The notes beneath the pieces were generated by a model that did not search any database, was not told the DNA's origin, and saw only the letters and a list, made by a program, of their open reading frames with translations. From Alkalilimnicola ehrlichii MLHE-1 (GTDB lineage: Bacteria > Pseudomonadota > Gammaproteobacteria > Nitrococcales > Halorhodospiraceae), in assembly GCF_000014785.1 (NCBI RefSeq), contig NC_008340.1:1680001-1712000 (forward strand): 32,000 nucleotides of DNA, given 5' to 3'. Positions 10,229 through 23,404 of the stretch are shown in pieces. Each line of letters starts with the position of its first letter. Position 1 is the stretch's first letter. A program made the position numbers and the translations under genes.

Positions 10229-10317
10229 GGTATTCAACGTTGGGCGGCCGCTTAGCCGCCGCAACGGGTGCATACGATACGCGAAAGCGCGTTACAGGTA
10301 AAGGCCAATACCGGGTG

Positions 10318-10518
10318 CTACTCGGAATTGCCCTTGTCTTCCGGACCACCCTCTTTTTCGTGGCGGATACGGTCGTAAATCTCTTCACGATGCACGGACA
10401 CATCACGCGGCGCATTCACGCCAATACGCACCTGGTTGCCCTTGACACCGAGCACGGTCACGCTGACGTCGTCTCCGATCATCAGCGTCTCACCAACGCG
10501 CCGAGTGAGAATCAACAT
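10318..10518 (-). CDS. csrA: Carbon storage regulator CsrA
   Basis: [51 protein letters not shown]. The start is set at MLILTRR, 8 codons inside the track ORF. Confidence 0.96.
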   Translation of the reverse strand: MLILTRRVGETLMIGDDVSVTVLGVKGNQVRIGVNAPRDVSVHREEIYDRIRHEKEGGPEDKGNSE

Positions 10519-10675
10519 GTGCTTACCCTCGTAGCCATTCAACCCATTCTTGGGTGGTTGGGCGGGGCTGCCCGGTCACCGCCGCGCCCCACCCCTTCTG
10601 CTGTCATGCCCGGACACGACCCAGGGTCAATTGTCCGGGCACTCACACCCTGTGAGTCCGTGGAATCCTTAAAGT

Positions 10676-11926
10676 TCAGGCGTTGTCGCCTTCCACTTCC
10701 ACCTGGGCGTTCTCATCGTCGAGGCCGAAGGCGGTGTGCAGCGTGCGCACGCCCAGCTCGAGATACTTCTCGTCCACCACCACCGAGATCTTGATCTCGG
10801 ATGTGGAGATCATCTGGATGTTGATGCCCTCGGCCGACAGTGCCTTGAACATGGTGCTGGCCACCCCGGCGTGGGACCGCATGCCCACACCCACCAGTGA
10901 GAGCTTGACGATCTTCGGATCGCCGTAGATCTCCCGGGCACCCAGCTTGTCCTTGTTGTCCTGCAGGATCTTCAGCGCCTGCTCGTAATCCCGCTTGTGG
11001 ACGGTAAAGGTAAAGTCCGTCGCCCCGGAGGTGCTGACGTTCTGAATGATCATGTCCACCTCGATCCCCGCGTCGGAGATCGGGCCCAGGATGCTGGCGG
11101 CGATCCCGGGGACGTCCGGCGCGCCGAGCACGGTGAGCTTCGCCTCGTCACGATTGAAGGCAATGCCGGAGATCAGTGGTTCTTCCATTGGATTTTCCTC
11201 ATAGGTGATCAGCGTGCCAGGGCCTTCCTTGAAACTGGAAAGCACGCGCAGCGGCACCTTGTATTTCCCCGCAAACTCGACCGACCGGATCTGCAGGACC
11301 TTGGAGCCCAGGCTGGCCAGTTCCAGCATCTCCTCCACGGTGATCCGCTCCAGCCGGCGTGCCTTGGGCACCACCCGGGGGTCGGTGGTGTAGACCCCGT
11401 CCACGTCAGTGTAGATCTGGCACTCGTCGGCCTTCAGCGCCGCCGCGATGGCCACCGCAGTGGTATCGGACCCGCCCCGGCCGAGGGTGGTGATAGCGCC
11501 CGACTCGTCCACACCCTGGAAACCCGCCACGACCACCACGCGACCAAGACGCAGGTCGTCGTTGATCTGCTTGGCGTCGATGTCCAGGATCCGGGCGCGG
11601 CTGTGGGCGCTGTCGGTGAGGATGCGCACCTGCGGGCCGGTGTAGCAGCGGGCCGGCGTGCCGATGCTCTCCAAGGCCATTGTAAGCAGCGCGATGGTGA
11701 CCTGTTCCCCCGTGGAGACCAGCACATCCACCTCGCGAGCGGGCGGATTGGGCCCGATTTCCTCGGCCAGCGCCAGCAGGCGGTTGGTCTCGCCGCTCAT
11801 GGCGGAGACCACCACGACGACATCGTCCCCGCGCTCGCGACTGGCCTGGACCCGCCGGGCCACATTCTTGATTCTTTCGGTGGTGCCCACAGAGGTCCCA
11901 CCGTATTTCTGTACGATCAGTGCCAT
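10676..11926 (-). CDS. lysC: Aspartate kinase
   Basis: 416 aa, MALIVQKYGGTSVGTTERIKNVARRV..., FQGVDESGAITTLGRGGSDTTAVAIAAAL, and C-terminal ACT repeats. Confidence 0.95.
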   Translation of the reverse strand: MALIVQKYGGTSVGTTERIKNVARRVQASRERGDDVVVVVSAMSGETNRLLALAEEIGPNPPAREVDVLVSTGEQVTIALLTMALESIGTPARCYTGPQVRILTDSAHSRARILDIDAKQINDDLRLGRVVVVAGFQGVDESGAITTLGRGGSDTTAVAIAAALKADECQIYTDVDGVYTTDPRVVPKARRLERITVEEMLELASLGSKVLQIRSVEFAGKYKVPLRVLSSFKEGPGTLITYEENPMEEPLISGIAFNRDEAKLTVLGAPDVPGIAASILGPISDAGIEVDMIIQNVSTSGATDFTFTVHKRDYEQALKILQDNKDKLGAREIYGDPKIVKLSLVGVGMRSHAGVASTMFKALSAEGINIQMISTSEIKISVVVDEKYLELGVRTLHTAFGLDDENAQVEVEGDNA

Positions 11927-11994
11927 ATTCTCTGAATTCGCAAAAGGGTAATTAAACTACAAATCTACCTGGTTTGAAAACCTGACCACAAGCC

Positions 11995-14604
<2,610 letters not shown>

Positions 14605-14652
14605 GTACTTGCCGTTGTCCGTTAGCCCGGCCGGTTTGGCCGGTGGTTGCCG

Positions 14653-15111
14653 TTAATCGGGCTGTGCCGCCGCCGACATCACCTGCCGGATATGCCCGGC
14701 GGCAAACCCCCTTCGTTCCAGATAGCGCTGCTGCCGGGCCCGCTCCCGCAGGTCCGCCGGGGCCGTCCCAAAACGGCGGGCCCACACCTGACGGGCCAGG
14801 TCTGCCCAGTCGATCTGCCGCTCCACCTCTGCCAATGCCGGGCCGGCCACGGCATCGGCCACGCCCCGCTCGCGCAACTCGGCACGGATCCGCAGCGGCC
14901 CGTACCCCTGCTCCACACGGTGGCGGACCCAGCTCTCGGCATAGCGGGCGTCGCTCTGCAGCCCCTCCTGCGCCAAGCGGGCGATGACGGCGTCGGCCAG
15001 TTCCTCGGGAACCCCTCGCCGGGTCAGCTTGAAGGCGAGTTCGCGGACGGAATGCTCACGCCGCGCGAGCAGGCGGATGGCCTGCTCGCGCACCTCGGCT
15101 TCGCGCTCCAA
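14653..15111 (-). CDS. recX: Regulatory protein RecX
   Basis: RecX-like sequence (AIRLLARREHSVRELAFKLTRRGVPEELADAVIARLAQEGLQSDARYAESWVRHR...). The start is uncertain: TTG at 15111 follows an AGGAGG near the recA stop. The track ORF runs to 15267 into recA. Confidence 0.85.
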   Translation of the reverse strand: MEREAEVREQAIRLLARREHSVRELAFKLTRRGVPEELADAVIARLAQEGLQSDARYAESWVRHRVEQGYGPLRIRAELRERGVADAVAGPALAEVERQIDWADLARQVWARRFGTAPADLRERARQQRYLERRGFAAGHIRQVMSAAAQPD

Positions 15112-15118
15112 GGCGGCC

Positions 15119-16162
15119 TCAGGCCTCCTGACCGCTTTCGGTGCCCTGGGCCTCGCTGGATGGGGCCCGCCCGGGCAGCAGCTTGTCGCGGATCTGCTTT
15201 TCCAGTTCCGCGGCCAGTTCCGGGTGCTCTTTGAGGTAGTTGCGGACGTTGTCTTTGCCCTGGCCAATGCGGTCGCCGTTGTGGCTGTACCAGGCCCCGG
15301 CCTTCTCGATCAGGCCCTCCTTGACACCCAGGTCGATCAACTCCCCCTCGTGGGAGATACCCTGGCCGTAGAGGATCTCGAACTCCGCCTGCTTGAACGG
15401 CGGCGCCATCTTGTTCTTGACCACCTTGACCCGGGTCTCGTTGCCCAGGACCTCGTCGCCCTTCTTGATGGCACCCAGGCGACGGATATCCATGCGCACC
15501 GAGCTGTAGAATTTCAGCGCGTTACCCCCGGTGGTGGTCTCGGGGCTGCCGAACATTACCCCAATCTTCATGCGGATCTGATTGATGAAGATAACCAGGG
15601 TGTTGGAGCGTTTGATGTTGGCGGTGAGCTTGCGCAGGGCTTGGGACATCAGCCGCGCCTGCAGGCCCACGTGAGAGTCGCCCATCTCGCCCTCGATCTC
15701 GGCCTTGGGCGTGAGCGCGGCGACCGAGTCCACCACCACCACGTCCACGGCGCCGGAACGGACCAGCATGTCGGTGATCTCCAGCGCCTGCTCGCCGGTG
15801 TCCGGCTGGGAGACCAGCAGGTCGTCCAGGTTGACCCCCAGCTTCTCTGCGTAGTCGGGGTCCAGTGCGTGCTCGGCGTCGACGAAGGCGGCGGTGCCGC
15901 CCGCCTTCTGCGCCTCGGCGATCGCGTGCAGGGTCAGGGTGGTCTTGCCGGAGGACTCCGGGCCGTAGATCTCCACCACCCGCCCCTTGGGCAGGCCGCC
16001 CACGCCCAGGGCGATATCGAGCTGCAGCGAGCCGGTGGAGATGACCTCCACGTCGCCGCGCACGGCGCGGGCATCACCCATGCGCATGACCGCGCCCTTG
16101 CCAAACTGCCGTTCGATCTGTCCCAGGGCAGCGCCCAGTGCTTTCTTGCGATTTTCGTCCAT
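15119..16162 (-). CDS. recA: Recombinase RecA
   Basis: 347 aa, GAVMRMGD, Walker [25 protein letters not shown]. Confidence 0.98.
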   Translation of the reverse strand: MDENRKKALGAALGQIERQFGKGAVMRMGDARAVRGDVEVISTGSLQLDIALGVGGLPKGRVVEIYGPESSGKTTLTLHAIAEAQKAGGTAAFVDAEHALDPDYAEKLGVNLDDLLVSQPDTGEQALEITDMLVRSGAVDVVVVDSVAALTPKAEIEGEMGDSHVGLQARLMSQALRKLTANIKRSNTLVIFINQIRMKIGVMFGSPETTTGGNALKFYSSVRMDIRRLGAIKKGDEVLGNETRVKVVKNKMAPPFKQAEFEILYGQGISHEGELIDLGVKEGLIEKAGAWYSHNGDRIGQGKDNVRNYLKEHPELAAELEKQIRDKLLPGRAPSSEAQGTESGQEA

Positions 16163-16173
16163 GTGCGGCCCTC

Positions 16174-16187
16174 GTGAACCGGTTCAC
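16174..16187. promoter_or_regulatory. 14-bp perfect palindrome just upstream of recA
   Basis: GTGAACCGGTTCAC located 12-25 bp upstream of the recA ATG (minus strand). Confidence 0.45.
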
Positions 16188-16295
16188 AAACGGGTGCCCG
16201 CCACTCCCGGCGCCGGGCGTAAAGGGGGGACATTATTCCATACTAGGCCTGGGTCTCGCACCCTTGCGTGGGAGACGGCGCCGGCGGCGCCAACC

Positions 16296-16802
16296 CTAGC
16301 CGGCGTCGCCGCCGAGGCGCTCCCGGAGACCATCCAAGGCCAGGGCCACGGCCTCCCGGCGCACGGCCTCGCGATCACCGGCGAACAGGCGGCGCTCGCA
16401 ACAGACGCGCCCGCTCGGCAGGGCCCAGCCGAACCAGACCAGGCCCACCGGTTTCTCCGCCGTGCCACCCGTCGGACCCGCCACACCGCTGACCGACAAC
16501 GCCGCATTGGCGCCGGAGCGTTCGCGGGCGCCGGCCGCCAAGGCCTCGACCACCGGTGCGCTGACCGCCCCGTGGCGTGCCAGCAGCGCCTCCGGCACAC
16601 CGAGATCGGCCACCTTGGCGGCATTGGAGTAGACAATCCAACCGCGCTCGAACCAGTCGGAGCTCCCGGCCAGATCGGTGATCACCTTGCCGATCCAGCC
16701 CCCGGTGCAGGACTCGGCCACCGCCAACCGCCATTGCCGGCGCGTGAGCAGCTCGGCCAGGCGCCCGGCCCGTTCCGCCAGGGCCGCATCATCGTTTAGC
16801 AT
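16296..16802 (-). CDS. pncC: Nicotinamide-nucleotide amidase, CinA C-terminal family
   Basis: 168 aa, [38 protein letters not shown] and [22 protein letters not shown]. Confidence 0.92.
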   Translation of the reverse strand: MLNDDAALAERAGRLAELLTRRQWRLAVAESCTGGWIGKVITDLAGSSDWFERGWIVYSNAAKVADLGVPEALLARHGAVSAPVVEALAAGARERSGANAALSVSGVAGPTGGTAEKPVGLVWFGWALPSGRVCCERRLFAGDREAVRREAVALALDGLRERLGGDAG

Positions 16803-16848
16803 GAGCCCCCTTCCCCTTTACGGCAGTCGATGGAGCATAACCAGCACA

Positions 16849-19485
16849 ATGGCCCAGTCCAGTCCCAAGGCATCGTCGCGGCATACGCCCATGATGCGCC
16901 AGTTCCTGCGCATCAAGGCCGAACACCCGGACATCCTGCTCTTCTACCGGATGGGCGATTTCTACGAACTATTCTACGAGGATGCCGAACGGGCCGCGAA
17001 GCTGCTGGACATCACCCTGACCACCCGCGGGCAGTCCGCCGGCGAACCCATCCCCATGGCCGGCGTGCCGGTGCACGCGGTGGAGAGCTATCTGGCGCGG
17101 CTGGTGCGCCAGGGCGAATCGGTGGCCATCTGCGAACAGATCGGCGACCCGGACAACAGCAAGGGCCCGGTGGAGCGGCAGGTGGTGCGTATCGTCACCC
17201 CCGGCACCCTGACTGACGAGGCCCTGCTCGAGGAACGTCAAAGCAACATCCTGGCGGCCCTGAGCTGCCATCAATCGCGCTGGGGGCTGGCCAGCCTGGA
17301 GCTCTCCAGCGGCCGGTTCAGCCTCACCGAACCTGCCGACGAGCAGGCCCTTGCCGCCGACCTGGAGCGGCTGAACCCCGCCGAGTTGCTGGTGGACGAG
17401 GCGCTCACCCTGCCCACGGGCCTGGCCGTGGGGCCGGGGCTCACCCGCCGGCCACCCTGGCACTTCGAGCTCGATACCGCAACCGACCTACTCACAGAGC
17501 AGTTCGGCACCCGCGATCTGGCCGGCTTCGGCGCCCAGGACCACAGCGCAGGGCTCGCCGCCGCCGGCGCCCTGCTCCAGTACGTCCGTGAGACCCAGCG
17601 CTCCGCCCTGCCCCATATCCGCAGGCTGCAGGTGGAACACGGCGATCAGGCCATCGTCATCGACGCCGCCAGCCGCCGGAACCTTGAGCTGGAACGCAAC
17701 CTCTCCGGGGGCACCGAACACACCCTTGCCTCGGTGCTGGACAGTACCGTCAACGCAATGGGCAGCCGCCTGCTGCGCCGCTGGCTCAACCGCCCGCTGC
17801 GCGACCGCACCACCCTGCAGGCCCGCCACCAGGCCGTGGAGATCCTGATGGCCGAGTCCCTGACCGAGGCGCTTCGCCGCCAGCTCCGGGGAATCAGCGA
17901 CGTGGAGCGCATCCTTGCCCGGGTGGCATTGGGCAGCGCCCGGCCCCGGGATCTCACTGGCCTGCGGGAGACGCTCGCCCGGCTCCCGGACATCCAGGCC
18001 ACCCTCACCGGTGCCGGCGCTCCTCGGCTGGTGGACCTGGCGGCGCAGTGCGGGGAACACCCGCAGACCCTGGACCACTTGCGCCGCGCCCTGGTGGACC
18101 AGCCACCGGTGGTGATCCGCGACGGCGGGGTCATCGCCGAAGGCTATGATGCGACCCTGGATGAGTTGCGGACGCTTTCAGAAAACGCCGATAACTACTT
18201 GTTGGAACTCGAACAACGCGAGCGGGAACGCACGGGGATCAGCACCCTGAAGGTGGGTTATAACCGGGTACACGGCTACTACATCGAGGTCACCCGCGCC
18301 CAGGCTGATGCGGTGCCCGCCGAGTATGTCCGACGCCAGACCCTCAAAGGGGTGGAGCGCTATATCCTCCCTGAACTCAAGGCCTTCGAGGACAAAGTGC
18401 TGTCGGCACGTGAAAAGGCCCTGGCCCGCGAGAAGGTCCTCTATGAGCAATTGCTCGCCAGCCTGGCCAGCGACCTGGCGCCGCTTCAGGACACCGCCGC
18501 GGCACTGGCGGAGCTGGACACCCTGGCCGCCTTCGCGGAACGCGCGCAGGCGCTGGACTACTCTCGCCCGGAACTGCGCGATGGGGCGGGACTGCGCATT
18601 GAGGCCGGCCGGCACCCGGTGGTGGAATACAGCCTCGACGGCCCCTTCGTCCCCAACGACCTGACACTGGACGACCGCAGGCGGATGCTGATCATCACCG
18701 GGCCCAACATGGGGGGCAAGTCCACCTATATGCGCCAGGTGGCGCTGATCACCCTGATGGCGCATATCGGCAGTTTTGTACCGGCGCGCGCCGCCAGCCT
18801 GGGCCCGGTGGATCGGATCTTCACCCGGATCGGCGCCTCCGACGACCTGGCCGGTGGCCGCTCCACCTTCATGGTGGAGATGACCGAGACGGCGAACATC
18901 CTGCACAACGCCACCGCGCAAAGCCTGGTGTTAATGGACGAAATCGGGCGAGGCACCAGCACCTTCGACGGCCTGGCCCTGGCCTGGGCGACCGCCGAAC
19001 GGCTGGCCCGCGACCAGCGCGCCTACACCCTTTTCGCCACCCACTATTTCGAGATGACAGCGCTGCCCGAGCAATGTCCCGGTGCCAGCAACGTCCACCT
19101 GGATGCCGTGGAGCACGGCGAGCGCATCGTCTTTCTGCATGCGGTCAAACCCGGCCCGGCGAGCCAGAGCTACGGCCTCCAGGTGGCCGCGTTGGCGGGC
19201 GTCCCCGGGCCGGTGCTGGAGGCCGCCCGCGAGAAGCTGCGGGCGCTCGAAGAGGAGAGTTCCCGCCAGAGGGCCGAGCCGGATCAGCTCTCACTCTTCG
19301 CGGAACCGGCGCCGCCCCCACCCCTGCCCAGTGCCGCCGAGCAGGCGCTGTCGGAGGTGGACCCGGACGAACTCTCACCCCGCCAGGCCCTGGACCTGCT
19401 CTACCGTCTGAAGGCGTTGACCAGTGGCGAGGAAGGGGCGGACAAAAAGGCGCGGGGCGATGCAGTCGATGCCCGGAGTCGCTAG
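16849..19485 (+). CDS. mutS: DNA mismatch repair protein MutS
   Basis: [44 protein letters not shown], Walker [33 protein letters not shown]. Start ATG at 16849 chosen over the track start at 16678. Confidence 0.97.
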   Translation: MAQSSPKASSRHTPMMRQFLRIKAEHPDILLFYRMGDFYELFYEDAERAAKLLDITLTTRGQSAGEPIPMAGVPVHAVESYLARLVRQGESVAICEQIGDPDNSKGPVERQVVRIVTPGTLTDEALLEERQSNILAALSCHQSRWGLASLELSSGRFSLTEPADEQALAADLERLNPAELLVDEALTLPTGLAVGPGLTRRPPWHFELDTATDLLTEQFGTRDLAGFGAQDHSAGLAAAGALLQYVRETQRSALPHIRRLQVEHGDQAIVIDAASRRNLELERNLSGGTEHTLASVLDSTVNAMGSRLLRRWLNRPLRDRTTLQARHQAVEILMAESLTEALRRQLRGISDVERILARVALGSARPRDLTGLRETLARLPDIQATLTGAGAPRLVDLAAQCGEHPQTLDHLRRALVDQPPVVIRDGGVIAEGYDATLDELRTLSENADNYLLELEQRERERTGISTLKVGYNRVHGYYIEVTRAQADAVPAEYVRRQTLKGVERYILPELKAFEDKVLSAREKALAREKVLYEQLLASLASDLAPLQDTAAALAELDTLAAFAERAQALDYSRPELRDGAGLRIEAGRHPVVEYSLDGPFVPNDLTLDDRRRMLIITGPNMGGKSTYMRQVALITLMAHIGSFVPARAASLGPVDRIFTRIGASDDLAGGRSTFMVEMTETANILHNATAQSLVLMDEIGRGTSTFDGLALAWATAERLARDQRAYTLFATHYFEMTALPEQCPGASNVHLDAVEHGERIVFLHAVKPGPASQSYGLQVAALAGVPGPVLEAAREKLRALEEESSRQRAEPDQLSLFAEPAPPPPLPSAAEQALSEVDPDELSPRQALDLLYRLKALTSGEEGADKKARGDAVDARSR

Positions 19486-19592
19486 AATAGCGCCGACCCG
19501 GCAGGCGTGAGACCCTGCCAAAACGGATCAGACACCCGCGCGGCGGGCCCTCGGCCCGCTGCGTATCGACCTTGCGATTAGGGAGCGACGCA

Positions 19593-19916
19593 ATGACCTA
19601 CGTCGTCACTGAGAACTGCATTAAGTGCAAGTACACGGATTGCGTGGAAGTGTGCCCGGTGGACTGCTTCCACGAAGGCCCGAACTTCCTCGTGATCGAT
19701 CCCGATGAATGCATCGACTGCACCCTCTGCGAGCCGGAGTGCCCCGCCGAGGCGATCTACTCGGAGGATGACCTGCCCGCCGGTCAGGAGGAGTTCCTGG
19801 CACTGAACGCGGAACTGGCCCAAGAGTGGCCGGTGATCACCGAGCAGAAGGACCCGCCGGAGGATGCCGACGAGTGGGACGGCAAGCCCAACAAGCTGGA
19901 GCTGCTCGAGCGCTGA
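19593..19916 (+). CDS. fdxA: Ferredoxin FdxA (7Fe-8S type)
   Basis: [55 protein letters not shown]. Confidence 0.95.
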   Translation: MTYVVTENCIKCKYTDCVEVCPVDCFHEGPNFLVIDPDECIDCTLCEPECPAEAIYSEDDLPAGQEEFLALNAELAQEWPVITEQKDPPEDADEWDGKPNKLELLER

Positions 19917-19950
19917 CCCGGCGCGGCGGCAGACCATCGATCCTCACGCC

Positions 19951-19979
19951 AAAAGGGCGGCCATATGGCCGCCCTTTTT
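19951..19979. terminator. Rho-independent terminator after fdxA
   Basis: AAAAGGGCGGCCAT/ATGGCCGCCCTTTTT, a near-perfect palindrome about 35 bp after the fdxA stop. Confidence 0.88.
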
Positions 19980-20240
19980 CAATAGGTTAACGGATATTTC
20001 TCCCCGTCACCGCGAGGGCCAGCGGGTTTCTCCCCGTCATCGCGAGCCCCCCTCCCCGCTGCGCGGGCCCGAATCAACGAGGAACGGGGCACCCCCGGTC
20101 ATCGCGAGCCCGCCCCCCGCTGCGCGGGCCCGAATCAGGGAAGAACGGCGGGGCTGCCATGGCGAGGGCCGCGGGTTTTCGGTCGTCATCGCGAGGGGGG
20201 CGCCCCACCCGTCATCGCGAGGGCCGAAGGCCTTTCCCCC

Positions 20241-20316
20241 GTCATCGCGAGGGCCGAAGGCCCGCGGCGATCCAGGGCGGTAGACTGCCACGTCGGCTTC
20301 GCCTCCTCGCAGTGAC
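20241..20316. repeat. Full-length ~76-bp imperfect palindromic element, copy 1
   Basis: GTCATCGCGAGGGCCGAAGGCCCGCGGCGATCCAGGGCGGTAGACTGCCACGTCGGCTTCGCCTCCTCGCAGTGAC. The two arms are imperfect reverse complements. Confidence 0.88.
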
Positions 20317-20493
20317 GGTGGGGGGGGTCCGCGCTCGCAGTGAGGGTAGGGGGCGCCCGCAGCGTCTGGCCATGTTCATCAAGAGGGCCGAAGGCTTTCC
20401 TCGTCATCGCGAGCCCCCCGCCCCGCTGCGCGGGCCCGAATCAACGAGGAACGGGGCACCCCTGTCATTGCCAGGGCCGAAGGCTTTCCCCCC

Positions 20494-20569
20494 GTCATCG
20501 CGAGGGCCGAAGGCCCGTGGCGATCCAGAGGGGTAGACTGCCACGTCGGCTTCGCCTCCTCGCAGTGAC
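20494..20569. repeat. Full-length ~76-bp imperfect palindromic element, copy 2
   Basis: Nearly identical to copy 1 (CCGTGGCGATCCAGAGGGGTAGACTGCC...CAGTGAC). Confidence 0.88.
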
Positions 20570-20633
20570 GGTGGGGGTGGGTCCGCGTTCACAGTGAGGG
20601 TAGGGGGCGCCCGCAGCGTCTGGCCATGTTCAT

Positions 20634-20704
20634 CAAGAGGGCCGAAGGCCCGCGGCGATCCAGGGCGGTAAACTGCCACGTCGGCTTCGCCTCCTCGCAG
20701 TGAC
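20634..20704. repeat. Same element, copy 3, missing its left terminus
   Basis: AGAGGGCCGAAGGCCCGCGGCGATCCAGGGCGGTAAACTGCCACGTCGGCTTCGCCTCCTCGCAGTGAC. Confidence 0.85.
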
Positions 20705-20742
20705 GGTGGGGGCGCGGCGCCTCCTCGCAGTGACCGGGTGGT

Positions 20743-21480
20743 TCAGGGCTGCTTGCTGCTGTTAGCCGCCGCTTCCAGTACCTGCAGCAGGTTCTCCGGC
20801 GAGGCGTAGCCCTGCTGCATCACCCCCTCGCTGCTGATCATGGTGGGGGTGCCGCGCACCTGCAGCTCCCGGGCCAGGGCCAAGTGATCGGCGATCGGGG
20901 TCTCGCACTCCGCCCCGCTCTCCACCGGTTCGCCCCGTTTCGCCTTGGTCATGGCGGCATGCCGGTCCTCGGCGCACCATACCGCTTCCGACTGCCGATA
21001 GGACTCACTGCCCTCGCCGGCCCGCGGCATGAACAGGTAGCGGATCTCGATGCCCTTGTCGGTGTAGTCGTCGATCTCCTGGTGCATCCGCTGGCAGTAG
21101 GGGCATTCGATGTCCGTAAAGACATTCACCACATAGCGCGTCTCACCATTGGCGGGATAGATCAGCAACTGATCACTGCCCAGCTCCGCGATCCGGGCAG
21201 CCCGCTGCTCTCCGCGGCGCAGCTCGGTGAGTGATTGCCGGCTCTCCAGGTCCACCAGTTCGCCCTGGAAGAGGAACCGGCCGTCACCGGTCATGTACAC
21301 CACGTCACCCGAAACGATGACCTCATAGAGCCCGTCCACCGGTGTCTCGTTGACCGCATCGGCACTCAGTTCCGGGCTCAATCCATGAAGCGCCTCATCG
21401 ATGCGCTCGTGCACGTTGTCGGCCCAGGCCAGCATGGGCAGACTCCAGAGCACCAATAGAACGGGAAGGGTTTTGCTCAT
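20743..21480 (-). CDS. dsbC: Periplasmic disulfide isomerase, DsbC family
   Basis: Signal peptide [21 protein letters not shown]-terminal dimerisation-like region, and thioredoxin fold with [14 protein letters not shown] and the cis-Pro loop RGTPTMI. Confidence 0.88.
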   Translation of the reverse strand: MSKTLPVLLVLWSLPMLAWADNVHERIDEALHGLSPELSADAVNETPVDGLYEVIVSGDVVYMTGDGRFLFQGELVDLESRQSLTELRRGEQRAARIAELGSDQLLIYPANGETRYVVNVFTDIECPYCQRMHQEIDDYTDKGIEIRYLFMPRAGEGSESYRQSEAVWCAEDRHAAMTKAKRGEPVESGAECETPIADHLALARELQVRGTPTMISSEGVMQQGYASPENLLQVLEAAANSSKQP

Positions 21481-21576
21481 CGTCTTCTGACTCCTTTGGG
21501 TGTGTGATGCCTGTTTGATCAGGGTATTGGGTCCAGGTTCCCGGACCGTGTCCGGTTGCTGATCGGTTGTACCCGG

Positions 21577-22491
21577 CTAGCCCCGGGGGTGGTGCTCGGC
21601 ATGCAGGGTCTGCAGCCGCTGTCGCGCCACATGGGTATAGATCTGGGTGGTGGAGAGATCGCTGTGGCCGAGCAGAAGCTGTACTACCCGCAGGTCGGCG
21701 CCATGGTTCAGCAGATGGGTGGCGAAGGCATGCCGCAGCGTGTGCGGCGAGATGGGGCGCGTGATACCCACCGACCGGGCGTGCTTCTTCACCCGGTACC
21801 AGAACGCCTGCCGGGTCAGCCCCTCACCCCGGCCGGTGACAAAGACCGCGTCGCTCACCCGTCGCCCCAACAGGGCCGGCCGGCCTTCCCGCAACCACTG
21901 TTGCACCTGCTCCAACGCCGTTTCGCCCAGCGGCACCAGCCGCTCGCGCCCCCCCTTGCCCACCACCCGGACCAGCCCCTGGGACAGGGACAGCTCCGAC
22001 AGGCTCAGGCCGACCAACTCCGACACCCGCAGGCCGCTGGCGTAGAGCACCTCCAGCATGCAGCGGTCGCGCTGGCCCAAAGGGGTCTCCGGGTCCGGGG
22101 CGGCGAGCAGGCGCTCGACCTCTGATTCACTCAACCCCCCCGGCAACGGCCGCCCCAGCCGCGGGCTCTCTACGTCCCGTGTCGGATCCTCGGCCACCCG
22201 GCCCTCGCGAAGCTGATAGCGGTAAAACCGGCGGAGGCTGGTGAGCAGGCGGGCGACACTGCGCGGTTTTGCGCCCTGACCCAACCGCCCGCCCAGATAG
22301 GCCAGCACCTGATCGCGCCGGGCACTCAACAGGCTGCCGCCCTGCCCGCCCAGCCAGCGCTGGAAGCCCAACAGGTCGCTGCGATAGGCGGACAGGGTGC
22401 GCTCACCCAGGCCCTGCTCCATCCACAAGGCATCGAGGAAGGCCTCCAGTTCCGCTAATGGCGTCTCAGCGCTGTTCGTCGCTGCTGTCAC
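21577..22491 (-). CDS. xerD: Site-specific tyrosine recombinase XerD
   Basis: [56 protein letters not shown]. Start uncertain: GTG at 22491 is plausible; the track ORF reaches 22542. Confidence 0.92.
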   Translation of the reverse strand: MTAATNSAETPLAELEAFLDALWMEQGLGERTLSAYRSDLLGFQRWLGGQGGSLLSARRDQVLAYLGGRLGQGAKPRSVARLLTSLRRFYRYQLREGRVAEDPTRDVESPRLGRPLPGGLSESEVERLLAAPDPETPLGQRDRCMLEVLYASGLRVSELVGLSLSELSLSQGLVRVVGKGGRERLVPLGETALEQVQQWLREGRPALLGRRVSDAVFVTGRGEGLTRQAFWYRVKKHARSVGITRPISPHTLRHAFATHLLNHGADLRVVQLLLGHSDLSTTQIYTHVARQRLQTLHAEHHPRG

Positions 22492-23263
22492 CGCTTCGGT
22501 CGTCCGAATCGTCGAAGGCCGCGGCCATACGGTTGAACGCATTCATCATCTCCAGCGGCAGCGGGAAGATGATGGTGGAATTCTGCTCTCCGGCGATATT
22601 GCTCAGCGTCTGCAGATAGCGCAACTGCAACGCCTGCGGGTTACGGGACAGGATGTTGGCCGCCGCGGTGAGCTGCTCCGATGCCTGGCGCTCACCCTCG
22701 GCGTGAATGATCTTGGCGCGCCGGCTACGCTCGGCCTCCGCCTGCTGGGCAATGGCGCGGATCATGCTCTCATCGATGTCCACGTGCTTGATCTCCACGT
22801 TGGAGACCTTGATGCCCCAGGCATCGGTCTGGGAGTCGAGAATGTTCTGGATATCCTCGTTGAGCTTGTCACGTTCCGCCAGCAATTCATCCAACTCGTG
22901 CTGGCCGAGCACTGAGCGCAACGTGGTCTGCGCCAGCTGGCTGGTGGCGGCGAAGTAGTCCTCCACGTTGATCACCGCCCGCTCCGGGTCAACCACCCGG
23001 AAATAGATCACGGCATTCACGCTCACCGACACGTTGTCCTTGGTGATGACGTCCTGGCTCGGCACGTCCATGGTCACCGTGCGCAGGTCGGTCCGCACCA
23101 TCTGTTGGATGATGGGGATGACCAGGATCAGGCCCGGCCCCTTGACCTTATAAAAACGCCCGAGCTGGAAGATCACGCCGCGCTCATACTCGCGCAGCAC
23201 CCGGATCGCCGACGCGATGATCGCGACGATCAGGGCGAGAACGACAATCAGTGTTGTCTCCAT
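22466..23263 (-). CDS. Slipin / SPFH (band 7) family membrane protein
   Basis: N-terminal TM segment [74 protein letters not shown]. Confidence 0.92.
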   Translation of the reverse strand: METTLIVVLALIVAIIASAIRVLREYERGVIFQLGRFYKVKGPGLILVIPIIQQMVRTDLRTVTMDVPSQDVITKDNVSVSVNAVIYFRVVDPERAVINVEDYFAATSQLAQTTLRSVLGQHELDELLAERDKLNEDIQNILDSQTDAWGIKVSNVEIKHVDIDESMIRAIAQQAEAERSRRAKIIHAEGERQASEQLTAAANILSRNPQALQLRYLQTLSNIAGEQNSTIIFPLPLEMMNAFNRMAAAFDDSDDRSGDSSDEQR

Positions 23264-23404
23264 GAAGTGCTCCTTATCAGATTAACCCGCTGAGAGTGAC
23301 CGAATCCTTGGAACCGCTGCTCGTTACAGAATAGACCCGTGGTCACGCTGCCATCCAGTACTCGGGAACACAAGCGCGGGACCGGCACGGGTTACAATGC
23401 CGTC

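Larger units (their letters stand above)
20006..20738. repeat. Cluster of nested GTCATCGCGAGG / CCTCGCAGTGAC palindromic repeat elements
   Basis: The GTCAYYGCGAG-like motif occurs repeatedly (near 20006, 20036, 20098, 20185, 20211, 20241, 20403, 20494, variant 20464), with inverted counterparts CTCGCAGTGAC near 20307, 20560, 20695 and 20724. Confidence 0.93.

Noticed and set aside
10003-10794. 263-aa plus-strand ORF (MNQIGAPGKIRTPNLLIRSQVLYPVELRAP...)
   Set aside because: It translates through the tRNA-Arg and tRNA-Ser antisense strand, a classic false ORF; the tRNAs are clearly supported.
10997-11935. 312-aa plus-strand ORF
   Set aside because: Antisense to lysC; no plausible motifs.
14984-16177. 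397-aa plus-strand ORF
   Set aside because: Antisense to recA/recX; no recognisable motifs.
19864-20536. ORFs of 125-139 aa across the repeat cluster
   Set aside because: They translate repeats (HREGRRP, RARGDP, SSRGPKA) and reflect repeat periodicity rather than coding.
20006-20738. Possible CRISPR array
   Set aside because: Repeat lengths and spacings are irregular, units are nested and palindromic over ~76 bp, spacers are not unique, and no cas genes are nearby.
22397-22915. 172-aa plus-strand ORF
   Set aside because: Antisense to the slipin and xerD genes, no independent support.
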